NCBI GenBank assembly: GCA_964515785.1
Contig: CAZEWH010000004.1
Location: 3,105-67,104 of the forward strand
DNA length: 64,000 bases
Direction: 5' to 3'
DNA from: an uncultured Gammaproteobacteria bacterium
GTDB lineage: Bacteria; Patescibacteriota; Patescibacteriia; UBA1558; GWA2-36-10
Notes under the pieces: model-generated
Database searches by the model: none
Told to the model about the DNA's origin: nothing
The model's input: only the letters and a program-made list of their open reading frames with translations
Translations under genes and position numbers: made by a program
In this document: positions 28,281 to 36,879 of the stretch, in pieces
Position numbering within the stretch: the stretch's first letter is position 1
Layout of the letters: every line of letters starts with the position of its first letter

Positions 28281-29789
28281 TCAAATTTCACCAAAAATTT
28301 TATTGCGATATTGTAAGGCTTCTAAAATATGTGCTTCTTTGATATCTTGACTATCCTCTAGATCAGCAATAGTCCGAGCTACTTTGAGCATTTTGAAATA
28401 ACCTCGAGCTGAGAGCTGTAGTCTATCAGTAGCAGCCAATAAAATCTTCTGAATACTATCTGTTACTTTACAATATTTTTTTATATCTTGAAGCTTAAGA
28501 TCAGTATTAAGTCTTTTTCTCTCAGCCTGCCTTTGGCGAGCTTTAATAACTTTATTTTGCATGGTAGTAGATATTTTGGTAGCTTGACTTTGATCAGATA
28601 AATATTTACTTTTGACTTTTTGAACAGACAAATGCAAATCTATACGATCTAGTAGTGGACCTGACAATCTTTTTTGATAACGCTTTATATCCATAGACGA
28701 ACAAACACAATCTCGATCATCATCAGTCAAATAACCACAAGGACAAGGATTGGCTGTAGCCAATAATATAAAATTAGCCGGAAATTCTAGACTACCTCGC
28801 ACTCGTGAGACAGTAATCACTTTATCTTCTAACGGCTGACGTAAAGCTTCTAAGACTGGTCGTTGAAATTCTAATATTTCATCTAAAAACAAAACATTGT
28901 GATGAGCTAAACTGATCTCACCAGGTTTGGGCCATGAGCCACCACCTACAATAGCCGAGACAGAAGCTGAATGATGCGGACTACGTAACATACGCTGATC
29001 AACCAGCCAATTTTCGTCTGACAAAAACCCAGCCAAACTATAAATCTTGCTGACTTCTAGAGCTTCATCAAGATTCATTGGGGGCAAGATAGATAAAAAT
29101 GCTTTAGCCAACATAGTCTTGCCGCTCCCTGGTGGTCCGACCATCAAAATATTGTGTCCACCAGTGGCAGCTATTTCCAAAACTCGTTTGGCTTGATCTT
29201 GACCCTTGATATCTGCCATATCAATAGCTGACTTTGCCTCCTGAGGTATGAATTCTGTATTTTTGACTGCTTCTATTTTTTCTAAATTATTAAAATGGCT
29301 TATTAACTGCTCAAGATTTTTTACTGGGAATATTTTTATGCCTTGGACAATACTAGCTTCTTTAATATTTTCCTGTGGTACAAATACTTGTTTGAAACCC
29401 AGCTCTTTGAGACTAGCAACCATAACCAAAACTCCAGGCACGGCTTTAAGTTCACCAGTCAAAGACAATTCTCCGACAAAAGCCATCTGATGACTATTTT
29501 CTATTTCCAAAAATCCAGCTGTCGACAAAATACTAATAGCAATTGGTAAGTCATAACTACCACCTTCTTTACGTAATTGAGCTGGAGCTAGATTGACTAC
29601 TACTTTTTGTCGTGGAAACTGGATATTGCTATTTTCGATAGCTGCCCAGACCCGCTCTCGGGATTCTTGGACCGCTGTATCTGGTAAACCAACTATAATA
29701 ATCTTGGGCAAATGCCGGGATAGGTTGGTCTCTACCTCAACTAACACCCCCTTTAGGCCTAATGGCGCAATTGTATAAATTTTGTTCAT
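28281..29789 (-). CDS. comM: YifB/ComM family Mg-chelatase-like AAA+ ATPase
   Basis: N-terminal Lon-like domain, Walker A GPPGSGKT, C-terminal ComM tail. Confidence 0.9.
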   Translation of the reverse strand: MNKIYTIAPLGLKGVLVEVETNLSRHLPKIIIVGLPDTAVQESRERVWAAIENSNIQFPRQKVVVNLAPAQLRKEGGSYDLPIAISILSTAGFLEIENSHQMAFVGELSLTGELKAVPGVLVMVASLKELGFKQVFVPQENIKEASIVQGIKIFPVKNLEQLISHFNNLEKIEAVKNTEFIPQEAKSAIDMADIKGQDQAKRVLEIAATGGHNILMVGPPGSGKTMLAKAFLSILPPMNLDEALEVSKIYSLAGFLSDENWLVDQRMLRSPHHSASVSAIVGGGSWPKPGEISLAHHNVLFLDEILEFQRPVLEALRQPLEDKVITVSRVRGSLEFPANFILLATANPCPCGYLTDDDRDCVCSSMDIKRYQKRLSGPLLDRIDLHLSVQKVKSKYLSDQSQATKISTTMQNKVIKARQRQAERKRLNTDLKLQDIKKYCKVTDSIQKILLAATDRLQLSARGYFKMLKVARTIADLEDSQDIKEAHILEALQYRNKIFGEI

Positions 29790-29936
29790 AAAAAAATCAC
29801 TTTCCTACCAAGAAAAGCGATCTGAATAAAAATAATATTAGTCTTTTTTGGCCCTTACCCGCCAAGACAAAGGCATCAAAAAACTAACCATGCCTCTCAC
29901 CTAGCATACGCCGGGCGTCAAATCGCTTTTCTTGTT
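29790..29936 (-). promoter_or_regulatory. Structured 5' leader of comM: 12-bp long-range helix (AAGAAAAGCGAT / ATCGCTTTTCTT) enclosing about 100 nt of G+C-richer sequence; SD GGAAAG directly 3' of the helix
   Basis: Helix arms at 29809-29822 and 29922-29934; inner hairpin AGGCAT..ATGCCT; the predicted transcript start lies at the distal helix arm. Confidence 0.4.
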
Positions 29937-29942
29937 ATTTGC

Positions 29943-29971
29943 ATCTTAAACTAAGTCTATATTTTTGTCAA
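29943..29971 (-). promoter_or_regulatory. Sigma70 promoter (minus) TTGACA-17-TAAGAT driving the comM leader
   Basis: Reverse complement of 29943-29971. Confidence 0.5.
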
Positions 29972-29997
29972 ATACCTCTTCAAATTCCTCCCCCGCC

Positions 29998-30053
29998 TCC
30001 CTTTGTCAAGGGAGGAGCTTAACAAATAAAAAGTCCCCCTTGATAAAGGGGGA
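29998..30053. repeat. Two tandem G/C hairpin elements (CTCCCTTTGTCAAGGGAG; TCCCCCTTGATAAAGGGGGA)
   Basis: Same family as 20947 and 21402. Confidence 0.55.
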
Positions 30054-30076
30054 TTTAGGAGGATTTGAAAAACCAA

Positions 30077-30105
30077 TTGACAAAATCTTATATATAAATT
30101 AATCT
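30077..30105 (+). promoter_or_regulatory. Promoter TTGACA-17-TAATCT inside the conserved motif ACCAATTGACAAAATCTTATATATA
   Basis: Motif recurs at 37849 (ACCAATTGACAGAATCTATACTATA). Confidence 0.5.
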
Positions 30106-30141
30106 ATTAAAGATTACGTACTTTGATCAAGGAGGCAGGTA

Positions 30142-30318
30142 ATGGCTATACAGCAACACTGGATTTGCCCTAGTTGCGGCACAAATAATGTCGCTCAAGG
30201 ATACTGCAGTGGCCACAAATGCAACATGGATATACATACTGTAGAACGAATTATGCTGCGTAATTTTGAACGCGAACAGGCCGAAGCTGACAATGCTGAT
30301 CAAAAAGAGAAGTCTTAG
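30142..30318 (+). CDS. 58-aa zinc-ribbon-like small protein (CPSC...C..HKC)
   Basis: Strong SD AAGGAGG 7 nt upstream of the ATG; own promoter and terminator; below the track length cutoff. Confidence 0.6.
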   Translation: MAIQQHWICPSCGTNNVAQGYCSGHKCNMDIHTVERIMLRNFEREQAEADNADQKEKS

Positions 30319-30336
30319 ACTTCTCTTTTTTTATTT
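30306..30336 (+). terminator. Intrinsic terminator GAGAAGTCTTAGACTTCTC + T7
   Basis: Seen in sequence. Confidence 0.75.
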
Positions 30337-30737
30337 CTTATAAATAATTCAAAAATTAATATCCAGATCACTCCTAGAGAAATATAGATATCAGCTATAT
30401 TAAAAACTGTGAACCATTCTATATTTATAAAGTCTACAACACCCTGATATAGGATTCTGTCGAGCAAATTACTCACAGCTCCTATTATAATCAGACCCCA
30501 AGGCCAGATGAGCATACTTTTCTGGCGCCAAGCAATCAACCACAGCCAAATAATTATAAATAAAATAATTATAATCGCTGGATACAGGATCCAAATAGGT
30601 AAAGGCCAAGAAAATGCAATATTTTGATTTAAATGAAGCTGAAAAAATCCGTCTGCAGACGGATTTTTTAGTTGATAAATCTTTGTAGACCTATCTATAA
30701 TAAATAAGATGATTAGACTAAGAAAATATTTAGTCAT
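30315..30737 (-). CDS. lspA: Lipoprotein signal peptidase II
   Basis: GAVSNLLDRI...VVDFI...FNIADIYISLG signature. Confidence 0.85.
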   Translation of the reverse strand: MTKYFLSLIILFIIDRSTKIYQLKNPSADGFFQLHLNQNIAFSWPLPIWILYPAIIIILFIIIWLWLIAWRQKSMLIWPWGLIIIGAVSNLLDRILYQGVVDFINIEWFTVFNIADIYISLGVIWILIFELFIRNKKREV

Positions 30738-30744
30738 GATAGAT

Positions 30745-31107
30745 TTATAATACTTTTTTCTTGCAAGCCATACAAGAAGTAGCAGAAGGAAAAGCTTTTA
30801 GTCGTTCGGGTGCAATAGGACCCTCACATTTTTCACAAAGACCATAACTTCCCTCTTCAACTTTCTTTAAAGCTTTATTAACATTAAACAAAGAAACCTC
30901 AAGAGTCTTTTCCAAAGACAAATTCTTTTCAAAATTGGCTACCTCAGCAGCATTTTCATCGTCCTTATCACCATAGTCAACAAACTTAGCATCATAGTCA
31001 TTCTCTGATACTTGAATTGCATCAGCTTTGAGCTCTTTTAATATTTCATCACGGCGTTTTGATAAATCTTCCTTGCGTTCGGCAATAAAATCTTTGTCTA
31101 ACTTCAT
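30745..31107 (-). CDS. DksA/TraR family C4-type zinc-finger protein
   Basis: C-terminal CEKCEGPI...CMACK four-Cys finger after a coiled coil. Confidence 0.75.
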   Translation of the reverse strand: MKLDKDFIAERKEDLSKRRDEILKELKADAIQVSENDYDAKFVDYGDKDDENAAEVANFEKNLSLEKTLEVSLFNVNKALKKVEEGSYGLCEKCEGPIAPERLKAFPSATSCMACKKKVL

Positions 31108-31149
31108 ATATTTAATCTTAATTCTTAAAAATATAACATATACATAATA

Positions 31150-31412
31150 GCAAATCAGGCTTTAAAAATCAAGATTATTAAAGCAATAAGAAAAGGCGCA
31201 CTCCGGTGCCCAAAATCATTGTTTTATGGCTGGTTGTGCGCCTTTGGCGCTTTGACAGGATGACTCGCATCAACTTTTTGTAAGTTAAATTGGCGGGTTA
31301 TATAACCTGTTAAGGCATCATTTGCTCCAGTCTGACTCGAGGAGCCGCCACTTTACCATTTTTTGGTATCGATTTCATCCCGCCGCAGGCGGGACAGAAT
31401 GATCCTTTTTAG
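31150..31412 (+). ncRNA. Candidate structured small RNA (about 250 nt, G+C-rich helices) ending in an intrinsic terminator; identity unknown
   Basis: Helices GGCGCAC..GTGCGCC, GCGCC-ttt-GGCGC, TGGCGG..CCGCCA, TCAT-CCCGCC-gca-GGCGGG..ATGA followed by TCCTTTTT; no ORF; no downstream plus-strand gene for 4.5 kb. Confidence 0.3.
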
Positions 31413-31683
31413 TATTTTTGTTTTTGTTTTTTTGGTGGAAAACAGTCAGGGTGTTTTCCTAATATTGAAAAACAGTAAAATGGAAGGAGTTATATACTAG
31501 CTGACGCTAATATGCAATTCCCTCAAATATTTTAATGAACTCTTATCTACATTCATTATATCATATAACAAGGCTTTGGTCAACGCTAATTATTAGCTAA
31601 TATTAGATAAAATTTAAAATAATTAAAATATAATTTGACAAGATTGGCAAAAATAATTCAAAAACATTAACAAGTTATCCACA

Positions 31684-31718
31684 AGCCTTCGCTAAGGCTA
31701 CGGCAATGCAGGCAAAAC
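31684..31718 (-). terminator. Terminator-like REP-type hairpin AGCCTTCGCTAAGGCT after the 31719-33041 gene
   Basis: Hairpin then T-rich tract on the minus strand; member of the CTTCGCTAAGGCTACGG motif family. Confidence 0.4.
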
Positions 31719-33041
31719 TTAAAAGCAAAGTTGCCAGGCGTTTATATTATTATTACTATAAGATATAAATTTTAAGTTACTTATATCTTGAGATTCTAAA
31801 TATTGTTTAATAGAGCTATTTTTCAACTTATTGGTCTGCCAAACTACAAAATCGTTTATTTGATTATTATTATCAAGGCAATCTGACCAAAGAGTAGTTA
31901 TCAGATAATCACTACTCAAAATATCTTCTATCAAATATTGCTTATTACTAAGATAATAAATATCTTCACGCTCAACGCCATAAAGTCCATCTATCTGCCA
32001 ATAATTTTGTTCATAATATGCGTGTTGAATAATTTCTGGAGAACTACTAGCTATAAATTCTACATAAGCTGTACCATCTGACAAAACTTTGGTGATTTCT
32101 TGCAAATCAAAACTGCTTGCCAAATCAAAATTAAGTTTTTGCCAATCTTGATCACTGGCCATCAACCAATTTTCTTCATGTTGCCAAACAATTATGTCAT
32201 TTTTAGTAAAATCATAATATGGCAAACTACTAAACTGCTTTTCCAAGATATTTGTCTTTATAAAATCATCAAAAGTTAACATAGAGTCAGCTGATAAGCC
32301 AATTGCATTATCAAAATCATATAATCTTCTGGTATTAGCAAAAAAATTATTTGTCATGGCAGGTAAATTATTATTTTTAACTTGCCAAATATTAATTTTA
32401 TTCAAATTACCAGCTGTATTTTGAAAATTTACAAAAATTTCAGATTCTGTAAACATAGGTTCTAGCCAAATAGATAATTTTTGCAAAAATTCTGGTGAAT
32501 TATCTAAACTCCAATACATACTAACTCCAGTATCTATATTATTGACTGTAAATTTGCTAACCAATAACTTTGGTAAGCTATTGGGTAGTTCTGGAGACGG
32601 CGTAATCAATAAAATCTTTTTATGGGGTCTATAAAATACCAACTCAGGGTATTGTTCTTTGAGCTGGTCAATATAACTCTGAGAAATAGAAGATAATCTT
32701 AATAAATAATGATCTTGATCAGAGCTAGTTTTGAACCAAACTAGCTCTTCTAACCTACTCTGACTGTCTACTAATATATCTGATACTTCACTTAGCCTTG
32801 TATCAGCTATATTATCATCAAAAAGCTCAAAGTCATGCCAAGGGTTGGCTTTGATAGCTTTGTTGTTGGCCCATTGATAATAAAAAGTAGTATTATCTGG
32901 CAAAAAACCTTTAGCATAGACGTCTGGTCCCTTAGACCAAAACATAGCGAATAACAAAACAACTATCAAAACTGCCAAAACCAACAAAATCTTGACATTG
33001 GGAATAGCTATATGCTTTTTAAAAACTTTTAATAGATCCAC
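31719..33041 (-). CDS. Hypothetical membrane-anchored protein (440 aa) co-oriented downstream of pnp
   Basis: N-terminal TM; no recognised domain. Confidence 0.7.
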   Translation of the reverse strand: MDLLKVFKKHIAIPNVKILLVLAVLIVVLLFAMFWSKGPDVYAKGFLPDNTTFYYQWANNKAIKANPWHDFELFDDNIADTRLSEVSDILVDSQSRLEELVWFKTSSDQDHYLLRLSSISQSYIDQLKEQYPELVFYRPHKKILLITPSPELPNSLPKLLVSKFTVNNIDTGVSMYWSLDNSPEFLQKLSIWLEPMFTESEIFVNFQNTAGNLNKINIWQVKNNNLPAMTNNFFANTRRLYDFDNAIGLSADSMLTFDDFIKTNILEKQFSSLPYYDFTKNDIIVWQHEENWLMASDQDWQKLNFDLASSFDLQEITKVLSDGTAYVEFIASSSPEIIQHAYYEQNYWQIDGLYGVEREDIYYLSNKQYLIEDILSSDYLITTLWSDCLDNNNQINDFVVWQTNKLKNSSIKQYLESQDISNLKFISYSNNNINAWQLCF

Positions 33042-33043
33042 TC

Positions 33044-35269
33044 TTATTTATTTTTATTGAAAAATCTTTTTTGTGGCTTTTGTGGGCCTTGTGGCCTCTG
33101 AGGTCTTTCAGCTGACTTGGCTGCAAAGTCTGGTTTTGGTAATAATTCTTTGATAGATAGACTAACACGTCCTTTTTCTTTATCAACTTCCATTACTTTA
33201 ACTTTTACCTTATCACCAACTTTTAAAACATCTGAAACTTTGGCAATTCTTTCATGAGATACTTGAGAAATATGAATCATACCATCTTTACCAGGCAATA
33301 CTTCAGCAATAGCACCAATTTCACTACCATTGTTTCTATCAGTAATAATCTTGACAATAGTACCATCATAGATTTCGCCCACTTCTAACTCTTTGACAAT
33401 ATTTTCAATCCACTCACGTGATTTTTTGGCACCGTCTGCATCAGTAGAAGTAATCATTACTAGACCATCTTGTTCGATATCAATAGCAACGTTGCATTTG
33501 TCAATAATTTCATTGATAATTTTACCACCAGAACCAATCACATCTCTGATTTTGTCTGGATCAATATTCATAGTATCAATACGTGGCGCATATTGTGATA
33601 ATTCAGGTCGTGGATCATGAATAGTCTTTTGCATAAGATCCAAAATATTAATTCGAGCTACTTTAGCACCTTCCAAAGTTTCTTTGACAATGTCATAGCC
33701 AATACCACCAAGCTTGATATCCAATTGAATAGCAGTAATCCCTTCTCGGGTTCCTGCTACTTTAAAATCCATATGTCCAGAGTGATCTTCAATGCCTTGA
33801 ATATCTGTCAGGATCTGATAATTTTTCTTATCATTATCATCAAGGACTAGACCCATAGCAATACCAGCTACTGGAGCTACAATCGGTACACCAGCATCCA
33901 TCAATGACAAAGTAGAGCCACAGATAGAGGCTTGAGAAGATGAACCATTTGATCCTAACACTTCAGACACTACTCTAATAGTATAAGGAAAAGATTCACT
34001 ATCTGGTAAAACCGGAATCAAAGCTTTTTCAGCTAAAGCTCCATGACCAATATCACGGCGACTAGGACCACGCAATGGTTTTACTTCACCAACTGAATAA
34101 CCAGGAAAATTGTAATGGTGCATGTACTTTTTGGTACCAGATTCTTCCATAGTATCTAGAGTTTGTTCATCACCAGGAGAACCAAGAGTCACAATAGATA
34201 AAACTTGAGTTTCACCTCGAGAAAATAAACCACTGCCATGAGTCCGAGGTAAGATAGCTACCTCAGCTGATAAATCTCTAACTTCATCAAATTTTCTATT
34301 GTCTGGTCGTTGCTTTTTTTCTAAAATCAAAGTCTTGAAGACTTTTTCTAGCTGTTCATCAATCATGGCTATACCCATAGCTCGCATATCTTTGTTTACT
34401 TCATTGTCTTCTTTAAGAGCTTCGTTAACCTCTGCCTTAATATTGTCGATAGCTTGGCGCATCTTAGCTTTGTCAGGGCAAAAACATTCAGATAAATCGT
34501 GTTTATCCAAAACTTGATTTACTTTTGTACTCACTTGCTGAACTAAAGCTTCTTTAGCTTCATCAATCTCTGGAGTTTTCTTTGCTACCCCAACTTCTTT
34601 AATAATATCTTCGATAAAAGGTACTAATTTTGCAATATGTTTACCAGCAAAAGCAATAGCTTCATACATGTCTGCTTCTTTGATTTGTTTGGCACCAGCT
34701 TCGATCATGATCACTTCATCTTTACTACCTGCTACAAACAATTCAAAGTCTGATTTTTGTTTTGCCTCTACTGTTGGGTTGAGTACCAACTCTCCTCCAA
34801 TTCTACCAACTGCTACAGCAGCCAAAGGACCAGCCCAAGGAATAGCTGAAGTACCTAAAGCCACAGAAGCTGCAATGGTTGCTGCAAAATCTGGATCGTT
34901 GATACCATCATATGACAGTACAGTAATAACTACTTGGACATCGTTACGTTCTGTTTCTTTAAATAATGGTCGGATAGAACGATCAATCAGACGGGCAGTC
35001 AAAACTGCATCATCAGTAGCTCTACCTTCACGTTTGATAAAACGAGAACCCTTGATCTTACCAGCTGCATAGAGCCGTTCTTCATAATCCACCATCAATG
35101 GAAAATAATCCACGCCTTCGCGGGGAGTCCTAGCTGTCACTGCTGTAGCCAAAACTACAGTTTCACCATATGTGACAGTACAAGAGCCATGAGCTTGTTT
35201 GGCAAGTCTACCAGTCTCAACAACCAGCTCTTTACCAGCAATGGTTGTGTTAAATTTTTTGATTGACAT
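33044..35269 (-). CDS. pnp: Polyribonucleotide nucleotidyltransferase (PNPase)
   Basis: Two RNase PH domains, KH and S1, C-terminal PQ-rich tail. Confidence 0.95.
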   Translation of the reverse strand: MSIKKFNTTIAGKELVVETGRLAKQAHGSCTVTYGETVVLATAVTARTPREGVDYFPLMVDYEERLYAAGKIKGSRFIKREGRATDDAVLTARLIDRSIRPLFKETERNDVQVVITVLSYDGINDPDFAATIAASVALGTSAIPWAGPLAAVAVGRIGGELVLNPTVEAKQKSDFELFVAGSKDEVIMIEAGAKQIKEADMYEAIAFAGKHIAKLVPFIEDIIKEVGVAKKTPEIDEAKEALVQQVSTKVNQVLDKHDLSECFCPDKAKMRQAIDNIKAEVNEALKEDNEVNKDMRAMGIAMIDEQLEKVFKTLILEKKQRPDNRKFDEVRDLSAEVAILPRTHGSGLFSRGETQVLSIVTLGSPGDEQTLDTMEESGTKKYMHHYNFPGYSVGEVKPLRGPSRRDIGHGALAEKALIPVLPDSESFPYTIRVVSEVLGSNGSSSQASICGSTLSLMDAGVPIVAPVAGIAMGLVLDDNDKKNYQILTDIQGIEDHSGHMDFKVAGTREGITAIQLDIKLGGIGYDIVKETLEGAKVARINILDLMQKTIHDPRPELSQYAPRIDTMNIDPDKIRDVIGSGGKIINEIIDKCNVAIDIEQDGLVMITSTDADGAKKSREWIENIVKELEVGEIYDGTIVKIITDRNNGSEIGAIAEVLPGKDGMIHISQVSHERIAKVSDVLKVGDKVKVKVMEVDKEKGRVSLSIKELLPKPDFAAKSAERPQRPQGPQKPQKRFFNKNK

Positions 35270-35384
35270 AAGTCAACTCCTTTCTTATTGCCCGGGAGTT
35301 GATATAGCAAGCACCAAATTATTAAAAACTAATAACCCAATGTCTGCTTACCAACATAATAACCGGATAATTTATTTTATTAAA

Positions 35385-35427
35385 AATTATTAAATAACAT
35401 TAAAGCCCAAACCGAGGCTTGGGCCTT
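35385..35427 (-). terminator. rpsO terminator / pnp leader hairpin (GGCCCAAGCCTCGGTTTGGGCTTT)
   Basis: Stem-loop between rpsO and pnp, as in the classical rpsO-pnp operon. Confidence 0.55.
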
Positions 35428-35432
35428 AAAAT

Positions 35433-35819
35433 TTATTCTTGAATATCTTGTTCGTTATTGTTTTGTTCTTCTTCACTAGATTCTTTGGCTTTGATCTTGA
35501 TTCCTATTGAATCTTCAATAGGTTCTTTTTTAGTCATCTTAAGACCAAGAGCTTTGACTATTTTTTTGAATCTTTTTTCATCTTCTCTTTCTAAATAACG
35601 CAATAGTCTGTGTCGTAAAGAAACTTTGGCTAATAAACCACGACGAGATGAAAAATCTTTTTTATTTTCACGCAAATGATTGGTAAGATCTTTGATCTCT
35701 GCAGTCAAAATAGCGATCTGCACTTCAGAAGAACCAGTATCATTTTTGTGAGTCTTGTATTTATCAATCAGCTTTTGCTTCTTTTTCTTGTCTAACATAA
35801 TTTTTCTTTCTAAAGCCAT
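35433..35819 (-). CDS. rpsO: 30S ribosomal protein S15 with a roughly 40-aa charged C-terminal extension
   Basis: S15 core (…TGSSEVQIAILTAEIKDLTNHLRENKKDFSSRRGLLAKVSLRHRLLRYL…) followed by a K/E-rich tail. Confidence 0.85.
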   Translation of the reverse strand: MALERKIMLDKKKKQKLIDKYKTHKNDTGSSEVQIAILTAEIKDLTNHLRENKKDFSSRRGLLAKVSLRHRLLRYLEREDEKRFKKIVKALGLKMTKKEPIEDSIGIKIKAKESSEEEQNNNEQDIQE

Positions 35820-35998
35820 AATCCGAGCCTGATCTCAAGTTAGACTTGGTCAGATCATACCCAGAATTAGGCTACTACTTAATTAAAAACGTCTTTACAC
35901 TAACATTTTTATAGCAAAAAGTCAACCCCGTATGTCGCTTCAGATCCTAGGGGGCAAGTACTATTTTAAAAGAACGTTCTTTGTGCTAAAGTTATAAT

Positions 35999-36790
35999 AT
36001 GAAAAATAAAACGACACTAACAGCTTATAAAAAATATTTAAGAAGTCTTGATATCAAATCCTCCACTCTGAAAAACTATATCTGGCATATTGAGCAATTT
36101 TTGTCCTGGCTTGATGATCAAGCTATGACCCAAGCTAATCTAAAAAGCTATTATAATTTTTTACTAAAAAAATACCCAAAAATAGCGACTATAAATTTGC
36201 ACTTAGTAGTCGTAAATAAGTTTTTAAAATTTCATAAAAAAAGATTTCGCTTTGATCTACTAACACCCAAGACAGAACCACTCGCAATATTGACTCCAGC
36301 GCAATTGCAAAAATTTTTAGAACAACCAGTCAAAAATCCTAATCTGACAGGCATCAGAGATAAAGCTTTATTAGAATTATTATATTCTAGTGGCTTAAAA
36401 ATTGGTCAATTAGTCAAACTAGAGAAAAAATTTATAGATAATATAAAGCAAGAATTAATTTTTAATAAAAATAATATTAGTATCCCGCCACTGGCTTGGG
36501 CTGCCTTAGAAAAATATCTAAAATATAGACAAGACGACAATCCCTGGCTATTTACCAACTTAGATAGAGCTAATAAAAACATAGACAGTCATCTATCTAT
36601 TAGATCAGTTGAAAGAATTATCTCTAAATATGCGCAAAAATTAAAACCAGTCTTGAAAATCAATCCTCAGGTTTTAAGAAACACTTTAGCATACAACCTC
36701 AAACAAGAAGGTGCTCAAATCCAAGGCCTTAAACATGCTTTACATTTTAAGACTAAGGTTGGTGCCAAAAACTATTGGCACAAAATATAG
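35999..36790 (+). CDS. Tyrosine recombinase (XerC/XerD-like) with non-canonical box II residues
   Basis: Box I RDKALLELLYSSGLKIGQL; box II QVLRNTLAYNL...LKHALHFKTKVGAKNYWH: R and Y present, but the two His positions read Q and N. Confidence 0.7.
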   Translation: MKNKTTLTAYKKYLRSLDIKSSTLKNYIWHIEQFLSWLDDQAMTQANLKSYYNFLLKKYPKIATINLHLVVVNKFLKFHKKRFRFDLLTPKTEPLAILTPAQLQKFLEQPVKNPNLTGIRDKALLELLYSSGLKIGQLVKLEKKFIDNIKQELIFNKNNISIPPLAWAALEKYLKYRQDDNPWLFTNLDRANKNIDSHLSIRSVERIISKYAQKLKPVLKINPQVLRNTLAYNLKQEGAQIQGLKHALHFKTKVGAKNYWHKI

Positions 36791-36840
36791 GTTGACAATT
36801 CTATAAAATAAGTATTTAATAAAATATAATCATTGTTTTT

Positions 36841-36875
36841 TCACCTCCAAACCAAAACACCTCGAAAGGAGGTGA
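36841..36875 (+). promoter_or_regulatory. Anti-SD/SD hairpin sequestering the ribosome-binding site of the 36880 gene (TCACCTCC -19nt- GGAGGTGA)
   Basis: 8-bp perfect pairing between an upstream CACCTCC and the AAGGAGGTGA Shine-Dalgarno 5 nt before the ATG; a second CACCTCG copy sits in the loop. Confidence 0.5.
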
Positions 36876-36879
36876 AATC

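Noticed and set aside
27600-28294. Minus-strand track ORFs 27600-27788 and 28031-28294
   Set aside because: They have no SD, and their proteins are low-complexity or Cys-odd. The overlapping plus-strand 59-aa ORF has a promoter, SD and terminator, so the plus ORF is preferred.
31150-31412. Assignment of the GC-rich intergenic RNAs (10861-11103, 22030-22190, 29790-29936, 31150-31412) to tmRNA, RNase P RNA, SRP RNA or 6S
   Set aside because: None of the diagnostic elements was seen by eye: tmRNA tRNA-like ends and tag ORF, RNase P P4 AGGAAAGUCCGG, SRP GGAAGCAGCC domain IV. They are left as unclassified candidates.
36841-36875. Interpreting the CACCTCC/GGAGGTGA hairpin as a terminator of the recombinase gene
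   Set aside because: On the plus strand the T-run precedes the stem rather than following it, and the 3' arm is the SD of the next gene. SD sequestration explains it better.
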